A stretch of DNA of 64,000 nucleotides from the human T2T-CHM13v2.0 reference genome, Homo sapiens: assembly GCF_009914755.1 (NCBI RefSeq), contig NC_060934.1; one strand, 5' to 3'. A program made the position numbers and the translations under genes. Shown piece after piece: positions 17,335 through 32,715 of this stretch. The notes beneath the pieces were generated by a model that ran no database searches, had not been told where the DNA came from, and saw only the letters and a list, made by a program, of their open reading frames with translations. How positions within the stretch are numbered: position 1 is the first letter of the stretch; each line of letters opens with the position of its first letter.

Positions 17335-17507
17335 AACTAGACCAACTCCTCAACACTCTCTGGACCAGAAGTACTTGTATCAAAAATGAGAAAATCCATC
17401 AATTTCAAAGGAAACAAAACAACATAATAACCCATGATCAGGACTATTCTAATTTCTCTTCATCCATGGAAAAAGAGTCTGAGGATGGTCCAATTTCCTG
17501 GGATCAG
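17335..17507 (+). CDS. SLC39A12: ZIP12 exon 5 ([10 protein letters not shown]...GPISWDQ), phase 1-0
   Basis: Acceptor tttctag|AA, donor CAG|gtattg; inside ORF 17277..17567. Confidence 0.96.
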
Positions 17508-18309
17508 GTATTGCCATTGTTTCTCTTATTCAAGCATTTGCTACTGTCAAAGGAAGCCCAGCTGTGAAAGTTTTATTAGAGTTGTAGAAAACTTAAAGAG
17601 TATTGTGTATTATCTTGAAAAGTAAAAATATTCTAGTTCCACCACGTAGTTACGGTTTTCTTTTTCTACAAGTGTATCTCTGTAGACATAAAAACAAAGC
17701 CAAGGTATATAGGGGAATGAAATATATTGCTTTTTCCTCCCTTGGGTTCAGATTGAGTGAATTAATAATTCAGAAAACATATTGAGCATTTTATGCACAC
17801 CGCTAATCATCCTGGGCATGAGAGATACAACGTTGAACAAAAATAGGCACATATTTTTGCTATTATGTATCTTAAAAGTTATTTTCTGTTACCTCTGCCA
17901 TGTATAATAGGAATCTGTTGAAGTTGACTCTTTCAGACTCATGTTTATTGTATTCAACTGCAGGTGACAAGAGTTGATCTCCATATTAATCCATGTTTGT
18001 GAAGTTTCCTTAATTAGGGCCAACTCTCAGGAAGAGAACAAATACGGTCTCTTCATGGAGACCTTATTTGAATAAAGAATAATTCATTTCTTAACATTTA
18101 GGGGTTACTTAAGGCATGCATCTTCTAAGAATGCCAATAATCATTTTCTGTGCAAAACACACACAACAACCTCTTCTCCAATAATTCTTCTCTGTTCCAA
18201 CGTGTGACTTTCTTTGTGATTCTTGATGGTATCCTAACGTGGGACACCAGATTTGAGGACTCTGCCTATATTATTAGGTTGATCATTTTCCAAGGGTTGT
18301 GCCTGGGCC

Positions 18310-18482
18310 TTTCCAAGGGCTGTGGGCAGCAGCAGTACCACCTGGGAACTTGTTGGAAATGTACATCCTCAGACCCCAACCCAGAATCTACTGAATCATA
18401 AACCCCAAGTGTAGAGCCCAGAACTCTGTCTTTTAAGAAGCCCTGCAAGTAATTCTCAAAACTAAAGATTAGAAACCACTGC
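18310..18482. mobile_element. MER5A (hAT-Charlie)
   Basis: cagcagcagtaccacctgggaacttgttggaaat...ctactgaatca...tagaaaccactg. Confidence 0.8.
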
Positions 18483-19096
18483 TTTTGAATATGTTTGTAA
18501 AGCTTCTGTAGAAATCTGATAACATCAACACAAGTACAAACATATTTCAAAATTACATAGGAAGGAATAAAGATGTTTTAAAGATTGTTGGCTGCATAAC
18601 CTAAATTTTCATTTTCTTTATAAAAAATATGTTGTGTTCAAAATTTTATAGAATATAATGAGTCCCCAGTAAGGACATTTATGTTAGTGATTTCAGAAGA
18701 AATTTACTTAATGACCTAAATGGCATAAGAGCAGCAAGCGAAGACCAAGGGCGCAGAAGTTTGTAATAGAATAACCTTACTCTCTGAGAAGGTATTGTAA
18801 AACTAGAAACTATTCGACTTCTTGACAACAAACTGGAGAAAGATGCATGGTATTCTCTTCTTGTTTCTCTCTCCATTCCTTTATTTACCAGTCAGGCATT
18901 TTCTGATAGGAATTGTATTATGAAACTATCATCAAAAGTTTGTTGCCAGTGTCTCTTTATTTTTGTCAATATTGTTGATGATGAAATAATTACATTCTGT
19001 CAATAACAAGTGGTGCAAAAGAGAATCTTGTCTTTGGCATACATTATTTTGATAAAGGGAAAAAAAAACACAAGTTTAGCTTTCTGTGGATGCTTT

Positions 19097-19650
19097 CTGT
19101 AGCAGAAAATTTCTGGAGTTCTTGCCCAATCCCTTACTGAGAAATGCCTTCCTCACCCACAGGAGTGAGGTTGGCACCCATGTTTGAACAGCTTTATTCC
19201 ATCTCCTACTACTTGGGCAAAACTGATTGAACTAAATGGATGCCTGACCCAAGAGGCACCATCTGTGGCTTTGCTGAATCAATCAGATCTCTCTCAGGAC
19301 TTATAGATGCAGCATTCTTGGGTTCTTGGAGTGAAAAGTCACTTTAGAGTTGGGGCTTATATGGCTGTGAGTTTACGAGAGAAGGCCAAACTGTGAAAGG
19401 AAGTAGATATATGCAGAGGGAAAAAGAAAAAAGAAAATACTTGGCTCAGGGAGGGAGAGGAGGGCACGGGTGGGAAGAAGGTTGTGGGCAAAGATCATGC
19501 ATCTTTGATTTCCCAGCTTCAAGTTCTCATTCCTTATGAAGTGTGGGCATTCATTCAATCCCTGGGTTCTTTGAGACCATCTGTGCCTTTCTAATACAAT
19601 TTCCTCTTGGTTTTCTGATTTCAGTTGGTTCTGTTCCATGCACCCAAATA
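19097..19650 (+). mobile_element. Old ERVL/MaLR-type solo LTR (LTR16/LTR33-like)
   Basis: Begins tgtagcag; ends with ctaatacaatttcctctt...gttggttctgtt LTR tail. Confidence 0.45.
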
Positions 19651-20744
19651 TTTCCTGATCAAGATAAAACTTTGTATCCATGAAATCATCTCTAAAGATT
19701 TTTATGTGGGGGAAAAAGACAAACAGCAACTATGTCATCATTATTTACAGATTAACAAAGTGCCTTCATTAAAAAAAATCTCTATACAGTGTGGCAAACC
19801 AAATCAGCTTTGCAAACCACTGATTTTTAAAACAATACCTTACTGATCGCAACTAAAGATCACAAAGACATTGCATTGGGGTCTTATTTCAATAGAAAAC
19901 ATCCATTTGTGAGAGTGAAACTACCCGTCATTCTCACTCACCTACTAAAACTTTTAAATTGTAATTTTTGAAGTACACAACGTCAACCTTTATTCTGAGA
20001 TGGACAAATGTCTTTTGGCCCTTTTTAGAGACTGTGGCATTTGTTCTTTCCTTATTCTTCTCTCTCATAAATATGCCTATACAGTATGAAAACAAATTGT
20101 AAAGATTTAGGTAAAAATCAGTAAAGTCAGTAAGAAATAATGATGTTTTCAACTGTGTGTGTGTCTCTGTGGAGAAGGGTTATGCCAATTGAGAGAGGTA
20201 GCTACATCATTTGGTATTTACACAGCAGCTAGTTGACATAGCTTTACTTTCAAAAATTTTACCTTTACTTTTAGGACTTTTAAAAGTACACGTTGCCTAC
20301 ACAGGCTGACTAAATCAAACAGTATGAAAGACAGTGACCTCATTACCATAGGACTTCTGTTTATTGTATGAAGTCTTTTTTAACACAAAGCTATCCTCAT
20401 TGAAAAAGAACAAAAACATCAGGACATCCTAAGGCTGCTGGTTAGAACACCACTCAACACATTGTAAAACACAATGTGTCTTTCTAGGAAAGAAAAACTG
20501 TGCAAAACTCATACTAAATAAGGCTCAGAATGAAAATGAGGTATTGCAGCCTTTGGTCAGAGATTTAAGACATCCTTAGGAATTACGTACAGCTGAAAGT
20601 TTGCAGGGAAACACGTGTCGTACCGGCTTCATGTGTGTGTTCTCGCTATTCCATCTAGAATTCACTCCTCAAGGATGACAACTGGTGGAGAATCTAGTTT
20701 AAATATGCTGAGATTAGTAACAATGTTATGTTTTCCTCACACAG

Positions 20745-20916
20745 ACCTGCTTCTCTGCTAGGCAGCTGGTGGAGATATTTCTACAGAAGGGCCTCTCACT
20801 CATTTCTAAGGAGGACTTTAAGCAAATGAGTCCAGGGATCATCCAGCAGCTCCTCAGCTGCTCCTGCCACTTACCCAAGGACCAACAAGCAAAGCTGCCA
20901 CCTACCACTCTGGAGA
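20745..20916 (+). CDS. SLC39A12: ZIP12 exon 6 ([12 protein letters not shown]...SPGIIQQLL...PPTTLE), PAL-motif-like region, phase 0-1
   Basis: Acceptor tcctcacacag|ACC, donor AGA|gtaagt. Confidence 0.97.
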
Positions 20917-20964
20917 GTAAGTTCTGGATCTTCCTTCAGAAAGCTGATGTGCACAATGTATGCA

Positions 20965-21212
20965 ATAATAATAGTAAATGCAGGATACTTACTATATACC
21001 AGGCTCTGTTGTAAACATTTTACATTTATCAGCTCATTTAATCCTCCTAACAATGCTACAAGGTAGATATTATTATTCCCATTTTACAGATGAGGAAACT
21101 GAGGCACAGAGAGATTAAGTGACTTTCCCAAGGACACACAGCTGGGAAGTGATGGAGTTGCCATTCAAACCCAGGCAAGCTGGCCCTGGAGTCCTTGTTT
21201 CTAACCACGATA
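20965..21212 (-). mobile_element. MIR
   Basis: Core cccattttacagatgaggaaactgaggcacagagagattaagtgact. Confidence 0.92.
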
Positions 21213-22341
21213 CATACTACTCTTCAATGAATATTTTATATTTGTATATGGTTTATATGAATTAATTATGTCTTCTATAGTTGACTCAATCATGGATCAA
21301 CATAAAAGGCCATAGCTGAGAGGTGACATGGTAAAAGAGAAGGCAATAGCATTGGAATGTGGAATGCAGAGCTGAGTCATGCTTTTTTTCCTCAGAGACT
21401 TTGTGATCTTTAGCAATTTCTCCCCAAGACTGTTTCTTTTCCAGCCCAGTGGAAAGCAGTGATATCCTATAGGGCTGCCTTTCTCACATCATGGCATGTA
21501 TAAAAAATGAAAACACATTACAGTAAACCAAAGCTCACTGGGCTGCTGTGGGATGAAGGTGACCCATGCTGGGAGCTACCAGCCTCCCAGATGTAGCTGT
21601 CAGCCCCAGGAAGGGAAGGGATCAATATTTACAGTTACCTGTATCCCACTGAGTCATTGCAATAGATGAGATCTCTCCAAGGGCTTCACTGTGAAGCCCT
21701 TGAACTGTAAGGTTCAAATGGGATAATGTGGACAAAAATATCTTCAGTAAATTTAAAGCTCTGTATATTTAAAAGACAAAACAAATGGTTGAGAACATCC
21801 ATGTTATCTAGTAAAAAATATGACAATTAGCTTACCATTGATCTGAGAGCCTTAGATGTATTATTTTCTCAGAGCTGTGTTTCTTTCTCTTTGAGAGAGC
21901 CTGCAATAGCAATCATAGCTGAGTTGTTCAGCCACCCACCTCTAACTCACAGTGGATTCTGTAACATCAAGTGGCCTAATTGAAAATGTTATGTGAACAA
22001 AAACACGCCAGGCCTAAATATCTAAGATTCTACATTCACTAAGAGAAAAAGAGCTTCATTAATAGTGAGCAGCCAAATAACTCAGCACTTGGTGGTCATT
22101 CAGTGAGGCTCAGAAAATGGATGAAGACAGCACTGTGGCACCTAGGAGCATCCCTGGGCAGTTTACATTCCTACCACCTGGCTTGGGGCCGGAATGTACA
22201 GGCCGCTCGGAAAAGGGTTTTGAAATTAAGGCCTCGGAAAAAAATTGTGTCTCCTCTCGAATGAACTTCTAGACACTTCTGGGGAATAGTCTTCCTGGGA
22301 AACCTCCCAACATGTCACACTCACTAAAGAATCTAGAAAGG

Positions 22342-22624
22342 GGCCGGGCGCGGTGGCTCACATCTGTAATCCCAGCACTTCGGGAGGCCGAGGCGGGTGG
22401 ATCACGAGGTCAGGAGATCAAGACCATCCTGGCTAACGCAGTGAAACCCCGTCTCTACTAAAAATTAAAAATTAAAAAAAAAAATAGCCGGGCATGCTGG
22501 TGGGCGGCTGTAGTCCCAGCTACTTGGGAGACGGAGCTTGCAGTGAGCCGAGGTCAGCACCACTGCACTCCAGCCTGGGCGACAAAGCGAGACTCCATCT
22601 CAAAAAAAAAAAAAAAAAAAAAAA
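22342..22624 (+). mobile_element. AluY with ~32-bp internal deletion in the right arm
   Basis: Y diagnostics; cccagctacttgggag|acggagcttgcag junction. Confidence 0.92.
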
Positions 22625-22635
22625 GACTCTAGAAA

Positions 22636-22920
22636 GGCCAGGTGCAGTGTCTCACACCTGTAGTCCTAGTACTTTGGGAGGGCAAGGCAGGAGGATTACT
22701 TGAGCCCGAGAGTTTGAGACTAGCCTGAGCAACATAGGGAGACCCCATCTCTACAAAAACGAAAATTAGCCAGGCATGGTGGCACGTACCTGTGGTCTCA
22801 GATACTTGGGGGGCTGAGGTGGGAGGATCATTGGAGCCCAGCAGTTCAAGGCTGTAGTGAGCTATGACAATGCCATTGCACTCCAGTTGGGTGACAGAGA
22901 GAGACCCTGTCTTAAAAACA
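22636..22920 (+). mobile_element. AluJ
   Basis: J diagnostics (gttcaaggctgtagtgagctatg). Confidence 0.92.
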
Positions 22921-22928
22921 AGAACCTA

Positions 22929-23363
<435 letters not shown>

Positions 23364-24124
23364 TTATTAAGAAAATACCATTCAGTATGCTGAAACTCAA
23401 CCGCTAAGCACCATCTTCGATTAAGTTTCCAGGAAAGAGTATTATGGCCATGTACAAATTAAGTTTCAGACCTATTCAGAGTAGCTGCTCAGAAGTGGCT
23501 AAGAATTTAGTGGCTAGGTCAAGCTCTGTTGTAATAATGGGAAACTTTAGAACCTGTCTGCAAGTTGCCTGATGCCAATCAAGACTTCATGGCACTTATG
23601 CAGGGACCTGCAGTAAATTAGCAGAGTCCTGTGACCACAGGTCAGATATTTTATGGTTTTGAGGCTGTCGTTCCTACATGAAAGCAAGTGAAATATGACT
23701 CATAGAGAATCTAAAAAGATTTGCTAACCTCTGAAGTTATGAAACATTCATTGTCTGCATGGGTAGAAGCCCACAGAGTTGGGGTGTAGCAAAATAACTA
23801 AAGAAGTTTCAACTTTGCCTTTTGCCTGGGAAATGTTGTACCCTGATTTGTCATTGTGCTTTCTTGGCCTTTTGTGGTCTTTTGCAGTTACCACTTCTAA
23901 AATGGGACAGCTGTAAATTTTATTAGACATCCAGGTGCTCATGTTACTATTCAAATATCTTTAATTTATGTAATAAATGAAAAGAATGGCATTCCCATAT
24001 AGAGTCTGTGTGGGAAAGAATGGGATATGAAACTTAGTTGAAGATTTTCAGGGAAGTTTCTATAACATGAGTATTTTTGTTACATTAGAATGATAAAAGA
24101 CACGACGATGTAGGTGTCTGAACA

Positions 24125-24285
24125 ATACACATGAAATACAGTTCGCCATCTTAACCATTTGTATTTGCACAATTCAGTATATTCACATTGTTGTGCAATA
24201 GATAATAGAACTTTTTCATCTTGCAAAACTAAAACTCTATACCCATAGAAGAACAACTCTTCATTTCACCTTGCTTGTAAACCAT
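24125..24285 (-). mobile_element. L1MB-type 3' end fragment
   Basis: catcttaaccattt...attcacattgttgtgcaa...ttttcatcttgcaaaactaaaactctataccca. Confidence 0.65.
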
Positions 24286-24488
24286 TTTATAGGGATTCCA
24301 TAGCAATGAAAATGTGGTAGTGGGGGTACGGGAACAGATGCTTAAAAGTTTTTTGCTTCTTCTGAGTATACTGCCAACTCTATTTTAATATTAAACCCCT
24401 GGGTAATTTAGAACTTACGTTTCAGTAAAGTCCTCTTAATATCACAAGCCTATTTTTCTGTTACCAGTTATATTATTAAAATGATCTA

Positions 24489-24784
<296 letters not shown>

Positions 24785-25754
24785 AAAATGATCTAATTTA
24801 AAGAATGAACCTTTTAGAAAAATGCAAGTATGATGAGAATGAAATATTTTCTGTTTTAAGAAACTTTAAGAGGATAGTTTTTTTTTTCAAAAAAATTGCA
24901 ATGAGCTTTAGGTATTTTGACACCAGGATTGTTTGATTTAACTTATTGTATATCCATAGTCACTGAAGAAAGTGGTAGTTTAATTTCATAATTAGCTTTC
25001 CTCATTGTTTACTAACTAGTTTGCCATCACTTGTTAGTAATTTCTAAATAGGTAGAGAAATAAGCATTTGCTTTGAGTATCTACAAGCAGATGAAAATGA
25101 TGCCATAGATAACTCCTTATCTCTATGTTGTCTGTACTTGATTCTGAAAGTCGTTTCCTCCCTCTCTTTTAATCTTATCTCTTCCCTTTTCTCCTTTATT
25201 TCTTCTCCCTTCATATATATATATTTTTTCTTTCAAATAAACTTACAAATTATACTTTATAAATATTTTTTTAAAAGGAAGCCTAGAAACATGAAATTCT
25301 AAGGATTATAAAAGTCATTGCAATCATCCAAAATGTAGATTGTTCAGATTTTTATTATCGACTGTTACACATTCATTGATCAGTTTTCACCAATAACAAC
25401 ACTCATTTTAGTCACTGAAAATAATATCACCCTGGACATTGCAAATAATTCAGACAGCTTTTGGAAGGAAGTTCTTCCAAAACGTGTACTCATTTTGTAC
25501 ACAAACATAGGTCTACAATACTGCCAAACCTTATGCTTCCTATGTAACAGCTAGTCTTTTCGCCTTTGAGAAGCTTAAGATATGATTAAAGGGAAATTAT
25601 TGCTAGTGTCTGTCTGTGGATGTTGTAGTTTCAAGTGAGAGAAATTTATTTCTTTGAGGGTTGGAGGTGAGCTCAGTCCTTGCTTGCTGCAATAATTTTT
25701 AGTAAGGGGTAGTCAGAGTAACTTCAAAACAACACGGTTATTTGAAGAAAGTCT

Positions 25755-26090
25755 TGTCTTAGTCCTTGCTATAACAAAATACCACAAACGGATGGCTTAT
25801 GTAAACAACAGACATCTATTTCTCACAGTTCTGGAGGTTGGGAAGTCCAAGATCAAGGCATCAGCAGATTCGGCATCTGGTGAGGGTCTTGTTCCTGGTT
25901 CATGGACTGGTGAAGGGAAGAACTCCAGTCCCTTTAGCCCCTGTAAAGACCCTAATCCCATTCAACAGGGGTGAAGAGTATATGTTCTAATCACCTCCCA
26001 AAGGCCTCACTTCCTAATACCACCCACCACCTTGGTGGTTAGGTTTCAACGTGTGAATTTTGCGGAGACACAAACATTTAGACCATAGCA
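25755..26090 (-). mobile_element. MaLR solo LTR (MLT1A/MSTD-like)
   Basis: tgtcttagtc...ctcacagttctggaggttgggaagtccaagatcaagg...cacaaacatttagaccatagca. Confidence 0.85.
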
Positions 26091-26149
26091 AATCTGTTCA
26101 TTCTTTTTGTTAAAAATTTAAAAACTTTTTACCGCATATAACACTTATA

Positions 26150-26452
26150 AGACTGGGTGCTGTGGCTTATGCCTGTAATCCCATCACTTTGGGAGGTGAA
26201 GCAGGAGGATTGCTTGAGCCCAGGAGCTTGAGACTAGCCCAGGTAATACAGTGAGACCCTATCTCTACTAAAAATAAAAGCTTAGCCAGGCCTGATGGCA
26301 CCTGCCCGTAGTCCCAGCTACTCGAGGGTCTGATGTGGGAAGATCACTTGAGCCTGGGAGTTCAGGATTATAGTGAGCTGTAATCACACCACTCCACCCC
26401 AGCTTGAGCAGCAGAGTGAGAACCTGTCTCAAAAACAACAAAAACAACAAAA
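26150..26452 (+). mobile_element. AluJ
   Basis: Diverged dimer. Confidence 0.9.
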
Positions 26453-26471
26453 CGCTTATTTAAAAATTCCA

Positions 26472-27242
<771 letters not shown>

Positions 27243-27317
27243 TAGAAGAGAAGAGATGCCCCAACATTAGGCTCGCCACATAGTAGTAGTATTTTTGAAA
27301 TAAAACAAAGGAAAGGT

Positions 27318-28019
<702 letters not shown>

Positions 28020-28039
28020 CTTGTCCTTCTTTCTGTTCT

Positions 28040-28440
28040 GCCCAGAAGGCTGCATCTCCTCAGCTACCTTGCAGGTTGGATTTTTGTTTGGGGTCAGCCA
28101 ATGAGGGGCACAATGGAAAACTCAGAGGAGGAGGAGAGAGAGGCAGTGGCATCTGTGCCCAGCTCCCTCCTGGCTCCGGCGTCCGCTCTAGAAGTGGCTG
28201 ATTTGCCATGGGCTACGTCTCCAGTGGACAGCTTCCCCACAGCTCCACGGCTCACTGGCCTTCCTCCCTTTTCCCTTTCACCCCTAAGGTTGGCAATGCT
28301 TTCCTGCAATTGCCAGTCTCTGGGTGCCTCATTATCCTTTCTTTATACCCTTGACCCTGCCCACCTCTGTAATAGTCTTATCTTTCATGTCTCTTTATTT
28401 GAGCCATCACAGTGGAATTCTCCTTCTTGCCTAACAGTGT
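28040..28440 (+). mobile_element. Old ERVL LTR (LTR16-like)
   Basis: agccaatgagg and ctgtaatagtc...tttgagccatc LTR16-type phrases. Confidence 0.45.
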
Positions 28441-29062
28441 CTAGATTTCTCTTAAGGGCAGGTGAGCACCAGGAGGCTGCCTCCTGTTGACGTGTGCTGA
28501 GGCTCTTTTTCAGAAAGGAAAGGAGTAAAACCTGAGTTGAGGTCATCTACAGATGAGGTGTTCTCTTCCCTCTGAAATCTCTTACCAGGGATAATGATGG
28601 TGGACCAATGATCCCCACTCCAGCAAAGCCTGAGCTGGTTAAAATTTTCCACAAGCCTCTGGCAGTTTCCTGCAGGGTCACTCTTGTTGCTTCGAGGCTC
28701 AATTGTTATTCAATGTTCTGAAAATCACAAAGGGAGCATTGGAAAAATAAAACCATTATGAGTTTTAATTGCCCTCATAATCTAATATCCTGGAAATATT
28801 TCAGGGCTTATGACTGAGTAGAGGCGGCGGCCCAGGCCTTTTTTCTAGGTCACAGCAGCGGTAGCAGAATTGTTTACTGCCCAGGAGTCTGGGAAGCAGA
28901 AAAAGGCTCTCAGGTCAGCCTGAGTCTCCCCCAGTGAGGGAGCCCACAGCGAAGGTGGACTTGAGGATGGGTGCAACATGTTACAGAGGAGAACTTCAGA
29001 GATTAGCTGGGTTTCCCGAAATTTTGTAGACAGTTTTTTTTTTGCTTAAGGAAAGAGACAAG

Positions 29063-29474
<412 letters not shown>

Positions 29475-29689
29475 TCATGTGATTGCCTTTTTTAGTCAGC
29501 TAAATTTGTTCAACTGAAAGATCTACATTTTATTTTGAGATCTGGGGTTTTTCTTCTGTTTTGTTTTATGATATTACAAATGTTCCCTATTTTGTGCAAT
29601 AATGGTCATTAGAAGTATTAGGTGGGTATCCTTAAATGCCCTTAGCAAGAGAAAAAGTTGACTAACATATATTGGTTTTTAGTGATATT

Positions 29690-29818
29690 TGCATACACAA
29701 CATATATATGTAGATACATATGTATACTCACATATACACACGTACATATATGTATGTACACATAAATGCCTGTACACATATATGTATGAATGTATATACA
29801 TATAATCTATACACATAT
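29690..29818. repeat. Degenerate (TA)/(CA)/(TG) simple repeat
   Basis: Direct read. Confidence 0.85.
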
Positions 29819-30577
29819 AATTTCTTTTTCCTTTTTAAAATTTAATAGTAACATTCTAAATCTGGAAACCATTTATGAGCTACTTCATAAATTGCCTTCT
29901 CTAAGAGAAGGGATATGGTATAGAATGATCTACTGGCTCACAAGAAATCATGAGGTTGACCAATGGAATGACTCAACCAATGGGATGAGTCAGTTACAGA
30001 AAAATTCCCAACACATTTCTCATACCCTTTTGTGTCCCAGAGACCTGACAATATTGTCAGTCATACAGTATGCTCCCAAAGGAACAAGTTCTTCACGGTG
30101 GATTTCTTACTTATCTGATATTTAATAAAAGTTTACTTTGATTGCTATGGGGCATGAGAATAAACCCCAGATGAAATATAAAATTTATTAATATTTTATG
30201 AGGCATGGTTGTACAAACAGATGCAGATTGGACTCCTGAAAAACAATTTGGCCGAAGGACTGAGTTTGTGTGAAAATCTAGGGCACTTGCAGAAATAAAG
30301 CTTAGGCTTCATTCTGTTCATTAGCACAAGCTATTCAAAGCTCTCTTTTGTTTTTTATTGTACACAATTTATTTGACCCTGATTGAAGTGTATAGTGGAA
30401 GCATTCACATACCCAAAAGCAAACTGGACTTTTAGTGATTGTATTAATAGTTGTCACGGCATTTCCCAGAATGAAAATTAAATATATTCAACACTGGGCC
30501 TACTATTTAATAGTTAAGTCATCAAGACTTATCTCCATCTTTCTCTCTGCCTTTTTTTTTTTTTTTTTCCCCTGAAG

Positions 30578-30730
30578 GTTCTTGGTTTACATAAGCAGGA
30601 AGCCCCAGAATTTGGGCATTTCCATGAAAGCAAAGGTCATATTTGGAAACTGATGGGATTAATTGGAGGCATCCATGGATTTTTCTTGATAGAAAAATGT
30701 TTTATTCTTCTTGTATCACCAAATGACAAG
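30578..30730 (+). CDS. SLC39A12: ZIP12 exon 8 ([12 protein letters not shown]...LVSPNDK), TM3, phase 0-0
   Basis: Acceptor T17-cccctgaag|GTT, donor AAG|gtatat; [10 protein letters not shown] motif. Not in the ORF track; translated by hand. Confidence 0.95.
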
Positions 30731-31200
30731 GTATATTTTTAAGTTTTATTTGTCTTGTGCTTTAAAGTCTTATAATACATTCATCTGTTCCTTCACAAGT
30801 ACTTGTTCAAAAGTAATGAAGTTGCCTGTGTAAGGGATGTCTAATGGAATGCTGATTTCAAGAATACACAGCTCCTTCTAATAGGATATTAATTTTTTAA
30901 AATATCTATTCCTGGGCAGTTAATGTACTTGTTAAGACCTTTTGTTCAACCTTCATGGTTGGTTTAGGAACTGGGGACTATTTTATGTCTGGGGAATGAA
31001 GGGGCCCAACATTCTAGCTACTAATCAGCGTTTTGGATATCTTTCTTAACCTAAACAAATAAGCAAACAAAAACTTTGAAAACTCACAAAATCACGTCAT
31101 TTTCTGTCTTAAAGGCATTTAAAATTACAAAAACAAGCGTCTTAGGAATTTTGAAATTTGCAGCAAATCTTTTTTTCAGCTTTAGTAATTTCTTTTATTA

Positions 31201-31560
<360 letters not shown>

Positions 31561-31599
31561 TTATTGTTTTTCATTCCTAAATTTGTTCAAAATTCTGTT

Positions 31600-31785
31600 T
31601 TATGAATCAAAAAATAAAATGAATTTATGGATGGATAGAGGGATGATAGATGGATAGCTACATGATAAAACAGATTTAATAAAATAATCATAGGATCAAG
31701 GAAGTGGATAGCTCAATATTTACATTACAATACAATTCTTTCAGCTTTCTATATATTTGAAATCTTTTCAGCAATAAATAGAGGT
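31600..31785 (+). mobile_element. L1ME/L1MC 3' end fragment
   Basis: gatagatggatag...attctttcagcttttctatatatttgaaa. Confidence 0.5.
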
Positions 31786-32604
31786 CATGAATTCAAATAG
31801 ACTACAAGTCAACTTCTGTAAAAGTTTTCTAATAAAGCAGGACTTTTCTTTGGCCTGGGGCCCAAACTAGGATGCTATGGTAATTTGGAAATTAGGAATG
31901 CCAATTTCTATTACAGTACTTACCCTAAAAGTTTAGGAACTTTCCTTTCACAAAAGAAGTTCTAATCCCAAGAAGCATTAAAAAAATAACAAATCCCCAC
32001 TTATACCCAATGGATTAACATTTCTGGGTTGGGAAAACTAAATTAGAAAGCCAAAATACCAGTAATTCAGTAGTTAGAAATCCAGTGTGGTAATGAGTGA
32101 AAGAAATTCTGAACATCCAAAAATGTAGAGTTTATTCAGATTGTTTATGGGCTTGTCAGGGAACTTAAAATGAGTTTTAAGAGCATAATTCCAAGATTTA
32201 TGATATTGCCTAAAATAAAAGGAATACGTATGTTTTAGGAACTGCAAATGCTTTACTTGATGAATACATTTCCAGAGACATTGTTTTAGTAGTCACAGGG
32301 TACAATACAGTTTTGATTATTATCATTGCGGTATCTCCATCAGAAAGAATTTAAAATTTAATTTTGTGTAAATATAACTTTTTTTAGTAAATAAAAAGAC
32401 AGTGTAAAAACTACCACTATTCAAGCCTTCTTCAGTCATCACTAGACATTTTTGAAGTTGCATTCCATTCTTAAAGCATCCCAGTTCTCTTTTGTGGCAA
32501 CTACCATTTTGGCCAATAGGCAATGGAATGGAACCGTGGCATTGACAAAGACTACACCTGTGTTCTTCTGGCTTCAACACTAATTTTAAACCATCCTCAT
32601 CCAG

Positions 32605-32715
32605 CAGGGCCTGTCATTGGTTAATGGGCACGTGGGTCATTCCCACCATCTTGCACTCAACTCTGAATTAAGTGACCAGGCAGGCAGAGGCAAATCTGCT
32701 TCAACTATCCAGTTG
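32605..32715 (+). CDS. SLC39A12: ZIP12 exon 9 ([18 protein letters not shown]...STIQL), His-rich cytosolic loop, 111-nt cassette exon, phase 0-0
   Basis: Tandem acceptor catccag|CAG|GGC, donor TTG|gtaggt; translated by hand. Confidence 0.94.

Noticed and set aside
20612-20617. CACGTG E-box/HRE sites (also ~32629 and ~46404)
   Set aside because: A few isolated 6-mers in 64 kb; one is coding and one is in an LTR. No supporting context.
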